Source: Pristiophorus japonicus
Lineage: Eukaryota
Reading direction: 5' to 3'
Assembly: GCF_044704955.1 (NCBI RefSeq)
Contig: NC_091988.1
Span: forward strand, 52,080,001-52,144,000
DNA: 64,000 bases
Shown: piece by piece, positions 38,177 to 50,804 of the stretch
How positions within the stretch are numbered: the first letter of the stretch is position 1
Layout of the letters: every line of letters begins with the position of its first letter
The notes under the pieces: generated by a model
The model's database searches: none
Told to the model about the DNA's origin: nothing
The model's input: only the letters and a program-made list of their open reading frames with translations
Position numbers and translations under genes: made by a program

Positions 38177-38687
38177 TGGGGGGAAATTTGTGGTTGGGGG
38201 TTTCCTTTGTACGAACGCCTCCAACCCGAAAAAAATCTACGAAAGTACCTGGTGGTCCTGGAGGAACGTAAGATCCCGGTCGGAGGACTAGATTTGCTGC
38301 GTAGCGCATGGGGGAGATGTCTTTCATGTACGTACGTATGTACAGGCTGGAGTCACGTGGGCCTGGACCACCAATCAATGTGTAGTATTCTCACTGATAA
38401 AAATGGGAACTCTGTTTGTACGAGTTCCCATTACTATCAATGAGAATAACTCCCTAATACACCGAAACACAGCATAATAAATAAATAAAACAACTCATAT
38501 ATTTAAAATTAATTGAAATTAAATATAATTAAATGTTTTAGAAAAATAAATATTTTTTGGAATGTTTTTTATTGGGCCTGAAATCCCGGCCTTCCCAGAT
38601 CCATACGGAGTGTGTACGGACATGGGGAGGCCTCGCAAAAGCCGGTTTTCGGTAACGGGAGGCGCAAGTGACCCGAATTTCACCCCC
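38177..38687. mobile_element. Composite Harbinger-type MITE related to 21701-22623
   Basis: Ends GGGGGGAAATTTG / CGAATTTCACCCCC. 38340-38560 resembles the reverse complement of 22290-22460; 38574 onward resembles 21701 onward. Confidence 0.65.
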
Positions 38688-39659
38688 TAAGACTTCAGAC
38701 TTCATTCCGACACTGACCCTGATACTGACATTAACACTGACACTACAGAAATGACCTTGACACAATGGCACTGACTGCCTTTCCTATAGATTACTTTGAA
38801 GCTTTTGTTTTATCGCCACATTAACTTTCATACACTTTATAATTGCCACAACCTTCATTATATTAAATCTTCAAATATATTGTTAAACATTAGTGTACTA
38901 ATGCACACTCTATTGGTCTTATAAAATCATGCCAATTAACCTTAAATTATTAGCTATCTTGAGCTGATTGTCATTGCTTTGAGCCTAAATCTAATTTGAC
39001 TCAGTCCCATCATTTCAATGGAAGAACCAACACTAAGCTGTGGGCCACTAACATGGCCATGGCCAGTACTGATCCAGCAGTCCTTTTGCAAGCACAGTTA
39101 GTGCTGAGACATACGCACATTAATTACTGCGATCCTTAGTCCTATTATATACATAGTGAAGAACCATTCATCCTGTTTTATGCACAAACAGTGCTGGCAC
39201 AGTCAGAGCTGTTATAAATTTAATGGCTGAAAATCCTCAGCCCATCCGGCACACACCAGTCTAACACAGAATTCCCACCTGATCTTAGAAGGGGAGGAGT
39301 ATCATCCCACCCCTTCACAAGGCCAATGACTTCTAGGTGGAGGGGCTAGGAGCAGGGACTCCTGACATTGGGACATCTCATGGCACTGCAGAAGGTTGGG
39401 GCATCTATGGAGGATAGTATGCCCAGCGAGGTATATCAGACTCCTCCCTGGGGCAAGTGGGGACTAACTTCAGGTTCCAAGTCAGGGAAACAGCCTGAAC
39501 TTCTGAAGATTACGGTAATTAAAAAAAAACATGCAGTCAACCTTACAAAGCTTATTGCTCCATGGGGTGTCCCTGTCACCCTGCCAAGAACTGGCACATA
39601 ATGCCACATTTCACTGCAGCCCATAGCAGGGTGGCACCCAAGATATACCCCTAGTGCGA

Positions 39660-39897
39660 AAAGAACTAGGGTGGAGATAAGTAGAATTTTTTTAATGTAA
39701 GTTCTTGCAATCTGGAATGCACTGCCTGAAGGGTTGGTGGAAGCAGATTCAATAGTAACCTTCAAAAAGGAATTGTATACTTGAAAAAGAAACATTTGCG
39801 GGGCTATGGAGAAAAAAATGGGCAAGTGGGATTAATTACACAGCTTTTTCAAAGAGACAGCATAGGCACAATGGGCCAAATGGCTATAAGATTCTAT
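39660..39897 (+). mobile_element. CR1 3' fragment (old)
   Basis: IWNALPEGLVEADS..FKKEL coding. Confidence 0.75.
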
Positions 39898-40530
39898 TGG
39901 GCCGATTTTGATGAACTTACCGCCCACTGCCATCAACACGCCTCTGCTTGAACCGCCCAGTGCCACTTTCAACGTGGCCTGGAGCGGGCGGGAGGGGAGA
40001 GCCGCCAGGAAGTGCCCACTGACGTCAGCGGACGGCCAATGCGCGTACGTACACTCCCACCCACTGAGATGCCAGATTGGTGCGGGTGGGAATCGGCTGG
40101 AGTCGGTGGCAGGACAGCGGTGGACCGCTGTGTGGAGGCTGGTCTGTCTTGAATGGTGTCAAGATCCTGTAAAAAAGGTAAGTGGAATGTTTTTAAATAA
40201 TTTCTTTACAGGTACTTATCTGGATGGGGTCCGCTGAAGGTCCTCAGATGTTTCTTTTTTTTCTGATGATTTTTATTTTTATCTCTTCGACCCTCCATGG
40301 GCCCGACTCCATCCTTGGCAGCACTTGGGCAACAAGTGCCTCTGCCGCCGAGAATGAGACTTCCAGCCCGCTGCCACCCAGATTGGCGGCGTACGTCGTT
40401 GATTTGCCGCCCGCCGACCTTCGAGGGACCTCGGCGACGAAAACCCCACCGAAAGTACTGTCCGGTACCTTGGCGGCCACTGGCGGCACTTTGGGCGTCA
40501 CCTGGGCAGGCCTTGACCAAATTCGGCCCC
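39898..40530. mobile_element. Harbinger-type MITE inserted in a CR1 tail
   Basis: TIRs TGGGCCGATTTTG / CAAATTCGGCCCC; TAT TSD. Confidence 0.85.
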
Positions 40531-41892
40531 TATGACTCTATTGGCTTGATCGCATACCACCTGAATCCAGATTACTTGACCTCCCACAGACCCTGCATAC
40601 TCAGCAACGGAGGTCACCGGTGAGAGCAAACAGATATAATTGCTGAGATTGCGCCCCAATGATTTTAGAGGCCACAGTCATTCCTGGGACAGTCAGTTCT
40701 GCTGGAAGCACAATCAATAATGGGGTGGTGGATACAATTAGTTCCCGTGCAGCTGCCATGTTATCAGTAGCTTTTCTACCCATCCTGATCTATTGCAGAA
40801 AGGCGAATCTCATTCTAAAGAGCAAGGAAGGTTTATTTGCCACTGACTTTTCCTAGTCTGGTAACAAATACCAACACAGAAATGGCATGAAAGGCCCACA
40901 CAGTGAGACCCTGTTTTCTTGCGTCTTAGTCTACAGCCAACACTATAACTGTTTTAAACGGTGCCTTTTATTCTGGAGAAGGTAAAGTTTGTAAACCTTT
41001 TCTTGAGCAGACTGGACATACTGCTTTTATGGAGTAAAGAAAGGGAGCGAGCAGCAGCTGGGAGTTAACTAAATCACTCTGTCAGCTCTGTCTAACCTTT
41101 GCTTTTGTTGCTGGTGACCTCGACTCTCTTGTTGTACACTTCTCACTGTATATCACAGATTTAATGGCATCTTGGTGACAGGATTCTGCACTTTACACAC
41201 AGCTCCCACACCAACACTTCTTAGCCTTCTGCTCATCAAGGGTTTCGATACGCCGGGCACCATGGAAAATTTCCAAATGCTTTCAACAAACTTTTATTCA
41301 AAACAAAACGATTTGACTTGAAGGATGCAATTTTTGTGTTTTTGCAAAGCACTTTCTTAATTGGTTTTCGTTATTATTTTTTACTCCCAACTAAAGAATG
41401 CATCTTCTCTTCCCCATAAGGTATACCGGCCTTGATTTTCCTCTGCTGTTCTCCTGAAGCTGGGTATGATTAAGGAGGAAAAGGCAAGGAGATTGGGCAG
41501 TGAGGCCTACTGTCATGCTCCCGTCCTGATGTTATTTTTGCCCAGCTAGCTCCCTCTTCCTTGCCATCAGCTGCTGATTCCTCAATTCTAGAGCTGGAAT
41601 TCCAGCAGTCCCTTGGGCAGCAGCAGACAGCCCACCAATGCCCCATTTGGAGGAAGAGGGCCCAATAGGAGACACCCCTCCCTTCCATTAGGCTTTGGTC
41701 TCTCACTGGTTTGAACCTCAATTCCGACTGAGACCTAAAAACTGCAGGTCCAGCCTTGATCTTCAGGGCTGTTCAGCCCCCTTTGAATTGTCCCACCTTG
41801 GTCCCACTGCAGCTCTGCCAGAATGTTCTTTGAGTGCAGTGAGGCCCAAGGGGGAAGGACTCCTTTTTGGTGACAGGTATCCTGCATGACTA

Positions 41893-42190
41893 ATGTCAGC
41901 CTTGGCTCAGTGGACGCACTCTTGCTGCTGTTAAAAGGTCGTGGATTCATGTCCCCTCCAGAGAATTGAGCACGTAATCTCGGCTAACAATTTAGTGCAG
42001 TGCTGAGGGAGTGCTGCACTGTTGGAGGTGCCGTCTTTCAGATCAGATGTTAAACTGTCTGACTACTCAGCTAGATTTAAAAGATCCCATGGCACTTTTT
42101 GAAGAACAACTGACAATAGTTTAAAAGTACTTCATTGGTTGTTTGAGGCATTATGAAGTCATGAAAGGAGCTATATGAATGCAATCTCCT
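41893..42190 (+). mobile_element. SacSINE1-like SINE with an internal deletion
   Basis: TGTCAGCCTTGGCTCAGTGG head; GAAAGGAGCTATATGAATGCAA tail. Confidence 0.75.
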
Positions 42191-42851
42191 TCTATCTTAA
42201 CTCGTCACGTTCCCGGAAAATGGATTGGGGTCAGGGCCCCGACGCTCCTCCAGCGTAAAATACAGGCCTTCATGTCACACACACTGTCTGAGAACATGGA
42301 CAAACAACCTGTTGCTCAGAGGTACACAAGGGTATCCCGCGATATAGCAACCTCTGATTTTCCCTTTACTCCCATGGGGAACCATCCAATCAGCACTTCT
42401 TTCTCAAGTACCCATGACGCAGCACTAGGAGAACCAGCCTGTTGTACCCACTATGCTGCCAGTTTATCCTAGATTTCTTTAGCAAAAATGCATTTTTCAT
42501 GTTTCATATAGTTCAAAAGTCCTTACAAATTGGTTCTTATTCACACACAATTCTTAATAAAATGAAGCAGTAACAGCACAGGAATTCCAGGACATGCAAG
42601 GTTACAACTGTTAAAAGTGTTAAATGTGAATGATTCACAAGAAAGCTTTCTCCATTAGTAATTGGGAGTGGGTAGCAGAGATTCCCAGTAATTAAGCAGA
42701 TAGTATCTCCTCTGTGGAGCTTATTCACCTGAATTTTAAAGTTATCCATGTTTTTGTCCAATGTTTTCTTTCAATTAAGACAACCCTGTAAAAGCAAGTA
42801 ACAACACAGAAGCAGTTGGAGTCACACACAGGCTGACATTTTAAAGGGTAT

Positions 42852-42938
42852 CATAAGAATATAAGAAATAGGAGCAGGAGTAGGCCATTTGGACCTTCGA
42901 GCCTGCTCCGCCATTTAATAAAATCATGGCTGATCTGA
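42852..42938 (-). mobile_element. CR1 3' UTR fragment
   Basis: CATAAGAATATAAGAAATAGGAGCAGGAGTAGGCC. Confidence 0.85.
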
Positions 42939-43127
42939 GTATCCACTCAGAACTTACATGCTTTACAAAACCCGCCATTTGTCATGGAATCAAAGGCACA
43001 GTAAATAAATACAATAGTGAAACGTTCGTTTCTGTTTCATTAAGGAAAACTTTATGGCTAATATAGAATCACTTTGTCAGTCATGTTGAGATGCATGTCA
43101 CTAAATACAGGCGATATCAAACAAATC

Positions 43128-43846
43128 TGTAAGATTTCTAAATCTCTGGCATTAAATTGACAGGAAAACCAATTCTTTTAAAACAATTTGGAATAAGTTT
43201 ATTAAACACGCACACATGCACGTAGCCTATCGAACAAAACAGCAATCTATTAGTATCCTGCGGACTCTATTTAATTACAAGAGGTAAGGTAATGAGTTAC
43301 AGATTTACACAGATAAATACATCCCTCTGAGTCAAGCAAAGCACGCGGCCTTTTTTTTTCTTCTTGGTCCTTGCTTCCTGATCTATAGAGAGGGAGGTTT
43401 CCTGCTTTGCCGTGTGGTCATCCAAAAAAAAGAGAATGAACAAGCCTTGGGCTTGCCTTTTTATATCTCTTAAGGTCCATTGTCTCTCAACATAAATTGG
43501 TAAAGCCCAGGATTGGGTCTTAGTTTCAGGGCAGTTCTTTATTGGCTTTCCTCACACGTTACTCTCTGCAGGAACTGGAGCCGTTCCTTGGATTAGGCTA
43601 ATCGTTTTCCCATTAACATCTTTTCTAGTTTGGTGAGCTTCGATGAGCTTGCCCACCCCGAAAGTCATATTTCTTTTGTTCCTTAAGCTCTGCCCAGAAG
43701 AGAAGACCTGAACTTGGATGTATCCATTTTGTCTCTTAAATTCAAACCGTAGCCTGTGTAATCTGCACTTTCGCCATTTATACATACACATTAAATTCAC
43801 CTTTATTACATCAATGTTATCATTAATATACACTTTTATTCTTACA
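43128..43846 (-). mobile_element. Solo LTR, 719 bp, 4-bp TSD (possibly retroviral)
   Basis: TGTAAGA..TCTTACA termini and AATC on both flanks. Minus strand has three CCAAT boxes (43496-43545), TATAAAAAGG (~43460) and AATAAA (~43200). Confidence 0.8.
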
Positions 43847-44479
43847 AATCTGACAAAACATGAAGCATAAAAGCTTTATTTTAGATTAAACATTTATAAT
43901 AAAATTAAATGTTTACATTAATTGATTGTTTAACATAAAAGCTGGGGGATAAGATGCGACAAGTAAAGATTAAAGAACGGATGCAGGTGTGAGTCTGTAG
44001 ACAAGTGATGGAGCAGCCAATACCCAACCCCGTTTGTTGAACAGTAGGTGGTGCTGAATGAGATACTCGTGAGGAGGGGTGTTCTCTGTGACATTCCATG
44101 GTGCTATTCTCATAGGTCAACATTGCAGCATGCCTGCAAGGAAGTGCAACTACATTCCACGCCATAATTGATCATTGCTGTGCCAGCCCTATGCTGCACA
44201 GGACCTTGCAGCAGATGGCACATCTCTGAGACCCAGACCCTGAGAACACAAATCCGAATTGTCATTCAGGGAGGTGCGCTGTGCAAAAATGGTTGATGGC
44301 ATCTTGGTCAATACAGCCAATCAGGCAATGTTGACTCTTAATTATCCTGGAATGCCTTTGTACATACAGTAGCATGACATTCTATGATTGGGATACTTCT
44401 GAAGAATCATCCAGCAACATGGGTGGTCAAGTATCCACATGTTATCATGGCTCTATCATGGCCTGCTGGCATTAATTCA

Positions 44480-45000
44480 ACAACAACTTGCATTTATAAA
44501 ACGCCTTTAACATAATGTCCCAAGGTGCTTCACAGGAGCGTTATCAAACAAGATTTGACATCGAGATATATAAGGAGCTATTAGGATAGGTAGCCAAAAG
44601 CTTGGTGAAAGCGGTAGGTTTTAAGGAATTTCTTCAAGGAAGAGAGATAGGGAGAGAGGTGAAGAGGCTTAGGTGGTGTGGGGGGGATGAATTCCAGAGC
44701 TTAGAGCCCAGTCAGCTGAATGCAGAGCCGCCAAACATGGAGCAATTAAAATAGGGAATGCCCAAGAGGTCAGAACTGGAGGAAGACAGAGGTCTCAGAG
44801 CGTTGTAGGGCTACAGGAGGTTACAGAGATAGGGAGGGGCGAGACGATGGAGGAATTTGAAAACAAGGATGGAGAATTGTTAAATCGAGGCGTGCTGGAC
44901 CGAGAGCCAGTGTAGGTCAGTGAGCACAGGGGTGATGGGACTTGATGCAAGTTAGAATATGGGGAGCAGCGTTTTGGACGAGTTCAAGTTGATGGAGGGT
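44480..45000 (-). mobile_element. L2-clade LINE 3' fragment
   Basis: CAACAACAACTTGCATTTATA tail; similar to the reverse complement of 3870-4570. Confidence 0.8.
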
Positions 45001-45009
45001 AGAAGGGAA

Positions 45010-45350
45010 CAGTTATGTTACTGGATGAGTAATCCATCAAATCCCACCACGAAGCTGTGGAATTAAAATTCAGTTAATTAAATAAATCTGGAATAAAAAG
45101 CTAGTATCAGTAATGGTGACCATGAAACTAACAAATTGTCATAAAAACCCATCTGGTTCACTTTAGGGAAGGAAATCTGCCGCCCTTACCTGGTCTGGCC
45201 GACGTGTGACTCCAGACACACAGCAATGTGGTTGACTCTGAACTGCCCTCTGAAATGCCTAGCAAGCCACCATCTTCTCAAGAGTAATTAGGGATGGGCA
45301 ATAAATGCCAGCTTTGCCAGCGATGCCCACATCTTGTGAATTAATTTATT
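45010..45350 (+). mobile_element. tRNA-headed SINE, second family (partial)
   Basis: Homologous to 48572-49020. Confidence 0.8.
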
Positions 45351-45654
45351 TTAAAGGTGGAGGCCTTTGAGGGCATAAGGTGAAAAGATGATGTGCTCAA
45401 TTGTGATACCCTTCACGGTCAAGTAGCCTGCCGACACTCGCCATCAATCCTCATGCATGAATAATGGCTACGTACGCATGGTTTTGGAAAGAGACTGCCA
45501 CCTGTATAGCTATATCCAGGTTTGGGAGTCAAACCCTTCAGTAGAGATGGAGAAGGAAGAAAACTGGAAGATAAAATATTTTAAAAAGAGATTCATTTCA
45601 AAAGATCCTCACAATGGTGATATTGTGATGGGGGGGGGGGGGGATGGGTGGGAA

Positions 45655-45859
45655 AGGCCAATTTTCTGAATGTGTGCTCCTGGTGTGAAGCCATATTGCT
45701 TGGAGCCCTTATCAAGAAATCATGGGAATACTCCCTACAATTTCCTATCCATTGAAGTTAATGGATAGAAAATTATGGCTAACGTGCTCACAATGTCCTG
45801 GTATATGCTACAGGTAGGTGAGGTTCCGTGCCTGGAACCCACATTCAGAAAATTGGCCC
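45655..45859. mobile_element. Small palindromic Harbinger-type MITE
   Basis: TIRs AGGCCAATTTTCTGAATGTG / CACATTCAGAAAATTGGCCC (19/20 match); central hairpin CTATCCATT-GAAGTT-AATGGATAG. Confidence 0.8.
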
Positions 45860-46623
45860 TGTAGTAAACAGCCAGGAACTGAGGTGTACCTTTATGTTGA
45901 ATAGATCATCACCAATAGTTTGTATTGTTATATCATATTTTGTGGATCACAAGTATTTATTTTGGTGCTTGGCCAAGGGTCTTGAGCTCCATTTTCTTTA
46001 GCCATCTCCTATATCAATGTAATACACTCCTGATTGCCTGGTATTTTCTATGTAAACACATTATTCAACATATTATCCTGTATGTAACACATTTCAAGGT
46101 ACATGTTATCCTGGACGTAATAGGTGACACAGGAAAAGAAAATATTTCTGCATTACTGTTGAAGATATTTCCTCTTCCCAGCCTCTGTCAAGCTCCACTG
46201 TGTTGCCTATGGTGCTGACTGACACTCACGTTATTTTCCATTCTTCCATTTCCTGCTACATTACTAAATTTCCTGCTTCTCCAAGCCCCCTTTCTCTCTG
46301 CTGGGTACTCTACATTACCCAGCCACAGCTCATGGGCAGGAAACAGTTGACAGCAGAGCACAGCTGGCTTTCGTTACTGTTCACCTTTGTGTGTGTCATT
46401 CTGAATTGAAATCTCAATTCTGGTAACCTGAGATGGTCTGAGCTCCTGAGACACAGATGTAACTTCCCAATGAGTCTGATGTCTGTCAGTCTCAATCTAC
46501 AGCACCAGAAATTAAGCCACTGTTCTGCATCTATAATGAGGTGGGATTGAGTGGTTTCATTTTTAATGAGCTCATCTCAACCTCGATGGGTGTAAGAGAA
46601 ATGTGACTTACCTCATCCGCTCT

Positions 46624-47066
46624 GTGTCAGCTGTGGCTCAGTCGATAGCACCCTCACTTCTGAGTCAGAAGGTTGTGGGTTCAAAGTCCCACTCCAGAGA
46701 CTTGAGCACATAAATCTAGGCTGACACTCCAGTGCAATATTGAGCGAGTGCTGCACTGTCGGTGGTGCCATCTTTTGGATGGGATGTTAAACCTGCCTGC
46801 TCTCTCCGGTGGACTAAAAAAGATCCCATGACACTATTTCGAAGAAGAGAGAGGGAGTTATCTGGGGTTCCCAGGTCAATATTTATCCCTCAATCAATAT
46901 CACTATAACAGATCATCTGGTCATTATAACATCGCTGTTTGTCGGAGCTTGCTGTGTGCAAATCGGCTGCCATGTCTCCTACATTACCACAATGACTACA
47001 CTTCAAAAGTACTTCATTGGTTGTAAAGCGCTTTGGGACGTCCGGTGGTTGTGAAAGGCGCTATAT
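46624..47066 (+). mobile_element. SacSINE1/DeuSINE-like SINE, full length
   Basis: A box TGGCTCAGTCG, B box GGTTCAAAGTCCC, L2-type tail. Confidence 0.87.
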
Positions 47067-47174
47067 TTTTTTTAAATGCTTCATGTTTGTTTTTAAATAT
47101 TTAAAAAATTAATTCAGAGTAAAAGTTGAGTTCAAAATGTATTAATGTTCATATATTTGTATAACAAAAAAAAC

Positions 47175-47352
47175 ATTATCTGGTCACTATCGCATTACTG
47201 TTTGTGGGAGCTTGCTGTGTGCAAATTGGCTGCCGCGTTTCCTACATTACAACAGTGACTACACTCCAAAAGTACTTCATTGGCTGTAAAGCGCTTTGAG
47301 ATGTCCGGTGGTCGTGAAAGACGCTATATAAATGCAAGTCTTTTTCTTTCTC
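47175..47352 (+). mobile_element. SINE 3' half (same family)
   Basis: Repeats 46915-47066 and carries the full tail. Confidence 0.85.
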
Positions 47353-47364
47353 CTCTCTAAATTG

Positions 47365-47700
47365 AGGACAGGTTGCACAGACTAGGCAAGATTAAGCTGT
47401 GACCTAATTGAGGTGTTTAAAGGAGTTGCTAGGATGGATAGATACAAACGATTTCCTCTGGTGGGGGAAATCCAGAACAAGGGGCATAACCTTAAAATTA
47501 GAGCCAGGCTGTTCAGGAGTGATGTCAGGAAGCACTTCGTCACACAAAGGGTGCTGGGAATCTGGAACTCTCTTTCTATGTTTCTATAGGAAGGGGGTAC
47601 TAAAGTTTCATGTTCAGCCATGAACTCATTGAATGGCGGTGCAGGCTAGAAGGGCTGAATGGCCTGCTCCTGCACCTATTTTCTATGTTTCTATGTTTCT
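47365..47700 (+). mobile_element. Two abutting CR1 3' fragments
   Basis: KSRTRG..RKHF.TQRVLGIWNS piece, then a second subfamily 3' UTR (47588-47700) with TTTCTATG repeats. Confidence 0.85.
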
Positions 47701-48571
47701 ATATAAATGCAAGTCTTTCTTTTCTTTCTCTGTGTACAAGAAAAACAGTTGACATAATGTCCTTTCTATATGAGAAACACACAAAGCTTACATATTGCAT
47801 TGTATGTGAGGAAGACACTCCACATCCCCTCCCATCCCTGTGGAGCCCCTTAATGCATTGTGCTTGAATAACAAATATAGCTCCTTGGCTATTTGTAATT
47901 ATTGTCTCTCTCCTCTTGAGGCTATTGGCTGCCTTGAGATTATAGGCTTTCTTTTCACCAACTCATCAATTCAGTATCAATAAGTATCCCTTGCACTCTG
48001 TAATCTGCTGACTCCAAGCTTTTATGGCCCATGGTGCATGTGGGTAGTGTAAAAGGTGAGTTCTGCCATAACAGGATAATCTCTCACTTATAGAAAATCA
48101 AGAACTACTTATGCACATATTTTCTTTAATTAATTAACTTTGAATAAGGCTTACCATGGTACAAAATAGAATTACAAAAGTAAAAATACATAAACATTAG
48201 AGCATGACCAATACTATTTTTGGCTGACTGGCCCTTTTTTCATCATCCTAATTTTAAACGTGGGGACTACCATCATGATGCATCTTGGAAATAAAACTTC
48301 AGGAATTGATATCTCGCCTCCCATAATGCCATGAGCCGACAATGTCATTCCTTCACTCTGAGATGGATACTTCCACTGCTTCCAGGCTGCTAGACTATTC
48401 CTCGTGCCACGTGCTGCTGGGCTTTGCATCACACACAACTCACATAGTGACGCTGCATCTGGTGCTGGCTGGCTTTCATTGTTTTGCAGGAATACTTGCC
48501 TAAAAAGCAGTAGGTTTACAGTGATATTGTCAATTGTAAGAAAGTTATACCCTAGTTTTAGTGATAAATAT

Positions 48572-49020
48572 GGTACGGTAGCATAGTGGTTATGCTACTG
48601 GACTAGTAATCCAGAGATTTGGATGGATGAACTGGAGGCCTGAGTTCAAATCCCACCACGGCAGCTGGAGAATTTAAATTCAGTTAATTAAATAAATAAA
48701 TCTGGGATAAACAGCTGGTGTCAGTAATGGTGACCATGTAAATAACAGATTGTCGTAAAAACCCATCTGGTTCACGAACATCCTTTAGGGAAGGAAATCT
48801 TCTGCCCTTACCTGGTCTGGCCTATATGTGACTCCAGACCAACTGCAATGTGGTTGACTCTTAACTGCCCTCTGAAGTGGCCAAGCGAGCCACTCAGTTA
48901 TACCAAACTGCTACTGCAGCGATTCAAGAAGGCTCACACCACCTTCTCAAGGGCAATTAGGGATGGGCAATAAATTGTGGCCTTGCCAGCGATGCCCACA
49001 TCCTGTGAATGAATAAAAGA
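48572..49020 (+). mobile_element. tRNA-headed SINE, second family (full length)
   Basis: GGTAGCATAGTGG (A box), GAGTTCAAATCCC (B box), 3' end GGGATGGGCAATAAA..GAATGAATAAAA. Confidence 0.82.
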
Positions 49021-49464
49021 AAGCAAGTAAGAAATGATATGTCATATTTCTACTCTCCAATATTTAATGAAGGTGTTGGTTGCAGTTCATATCGCAGTTT
49101 ATTCTGTAAACAATTAGCTATTACAGTCTGCCCAACTCCACTTCTGAACGGACTGTGATAGTATAGCATGGGGCTATAGGGTCGATTTTTAGATTAGCTG
49201 TGCCTGTTGCAGACAGGTGTAGGGGGAATTGAACAAATGGCTAGGCAGACTTTAGGCATGTTTTGCACCTTTTGCCTGAAATTTTTCTGCACAAGCTACA
49301 CTTTGTGTACAAGAGAACATTTTATGCCAAAATCTCATTAGGGCTCATTAACGGATGCAAAGATATTTAGCTGGTACAATTTCTCAGCTTTTGCACTGAG
49401 ATTGTGCTTTTTGTCTTCAAAGCCTATTTCAAATGAGCGCAAGAAAAACTTTCTCAGTGATGGA

Positions 49465-49712
49465 GCTTTTGTTGCCGAGGCCCTAAGCTCTGAAACTCCC
49501 TGCCTAAACCTCTCCGCCTCTCTACCTCTCTCTCCTCCTATCAGACGCTCCTTAATACCTACCTCTTTGACCAAGCTTTTGGCCACCTGCTCTAATATGT
49601 CCTTACGTGGCTCGGTGTCAAATTTTTTGTCTTATAACACTCCTGTGAAGCACCTTGGGACATTTTACTACGTTAAAGGCGCTGTATAAATACAAGTTGT
49701 TGTTGTCTGTTG
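49465..49712 (+). mobile_element. L2 3' fragment
   Basis: CTACCTCTTTGACCAAGCTTTTGG..TATAAATACAAGTTGTTGTTG. Confidence 0.82.
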
Positions 49713-49857
49713 TTGCAAAGTTTGCATTAGAGCGGTGTTTTTATTCACTATTTCAGAAATTTAATAAATAATTTTGAGCAACCTGCAGAGTCCTATGCTG
49801 AGCAACAAGTGAAGCCAATGTTTGGTTGGTTTGGTTGTGCTCCAACTAAAGTATTAT

Positions 49858-50476
49858 GGGCTAGACTTTCCCAAGAGCCCCTCAACGCCCGATTGCTTGC
49901 CCAGAAAAACTGCTAACGTTTGGTAAGTAATGCTGGCGAAAATTTCCGCTGTTAAGTTAAAACTAGTCGCCCGCCGAGAAAATGGATCTTGCACCATTAT
50001 TCTCGGTGGTTTTCTCGGCGGTTAAGGGGAAACTAAATAAAACAGTTTTAAAAAAAAATTTAGTCCAAGGCTGCAGTTGGGCCTAGGGAGGGGGGAAATT
50101 TAAAAAAAATGTTACTAAAAAAAAAGGTTAAAAAACATTCCCAAGCCACTTTTACACATAATCGGCATTTTACAATGAAAAAAAATTAAGAATCTTTAAC
50201 TTACCTCTCTTTACAGAGTACTCACCTACTGCCCTGTTTAAGCAGCTTTCACAGGGCAGTTCTTTCGGCGATCTGGACGGGCTTCCGTTGAGGCCAAACT
50301 TACGCCGTGGCAATTTTCTCGGCGGTGCACATCGGCGGTTTGGTCCCGGTGGGCGTTTTGAGATCTGGGTGATATCATTGAAAAACATAAGGGGAAACCT
50401 TCGCCGGGCAGAAAAACATGTGTACTGCCGGGAAAATCGCTAAAAACCCACCGAAAATGAAAGGAAAGTTTAGCTC
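49858..50476. mobile_element. Harbinger-type MITE (sister of 16803-17436)
   Basis: TIRs GGGCTAGACTTTCC / GGAAAGTTTAGCTC; TAT TSD; colinear with the other copy. Confidence 0.9.
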
Positions 50477-50613
50477 TATATGGTTAAAGCAGTACAAGAT
50501 GAAAAAAGGTATACCAAGGAGATCAGCAGGCACCTGAAAATACAAGAGATGGTCACCATGTGGCCATCTAGCCAGTAGATTCCTGTTCCTTCTGTGTCAC
50601 CACCACCATCGTT

Positions 50614-50674
50614 GGTTCAATGGTGTAATGGCGAGCACTTTGGACTTTGAATCTAGCGATCCGAGTTCAAATCT
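50614..50674 (+). pseudogene. tRNA-Gln(TTG) pseudogene, 3'-truncated in the T arm
   Basis: GGTTCAATGGTGTAATGGCGAGCACTTTGGACTTTGAATCTAGCGATCCGAGTTCAAATCT; 3' acceptor strand missing. Confidence 0.88.
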
Positions 50675-50675
50675 T

Positions 50676-50804
50676 ATCTATTTTCTATGTTTCTATAGCA
50701 GGAATGGGGTACTGAAGTTGCATATTCAGCCATGAACTCATTGAATGGCAGTGCAGGCTCGAAGGGCCGAATGGCTTACTCCTGCACCTATTTTCTATGT
50801 TTCT
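50676..50804 (+). mobile_element. CR1 3' UTR fragment
   Basis: Near-identical to the reverse complement of 6385-6487. Confidence 0.9.
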
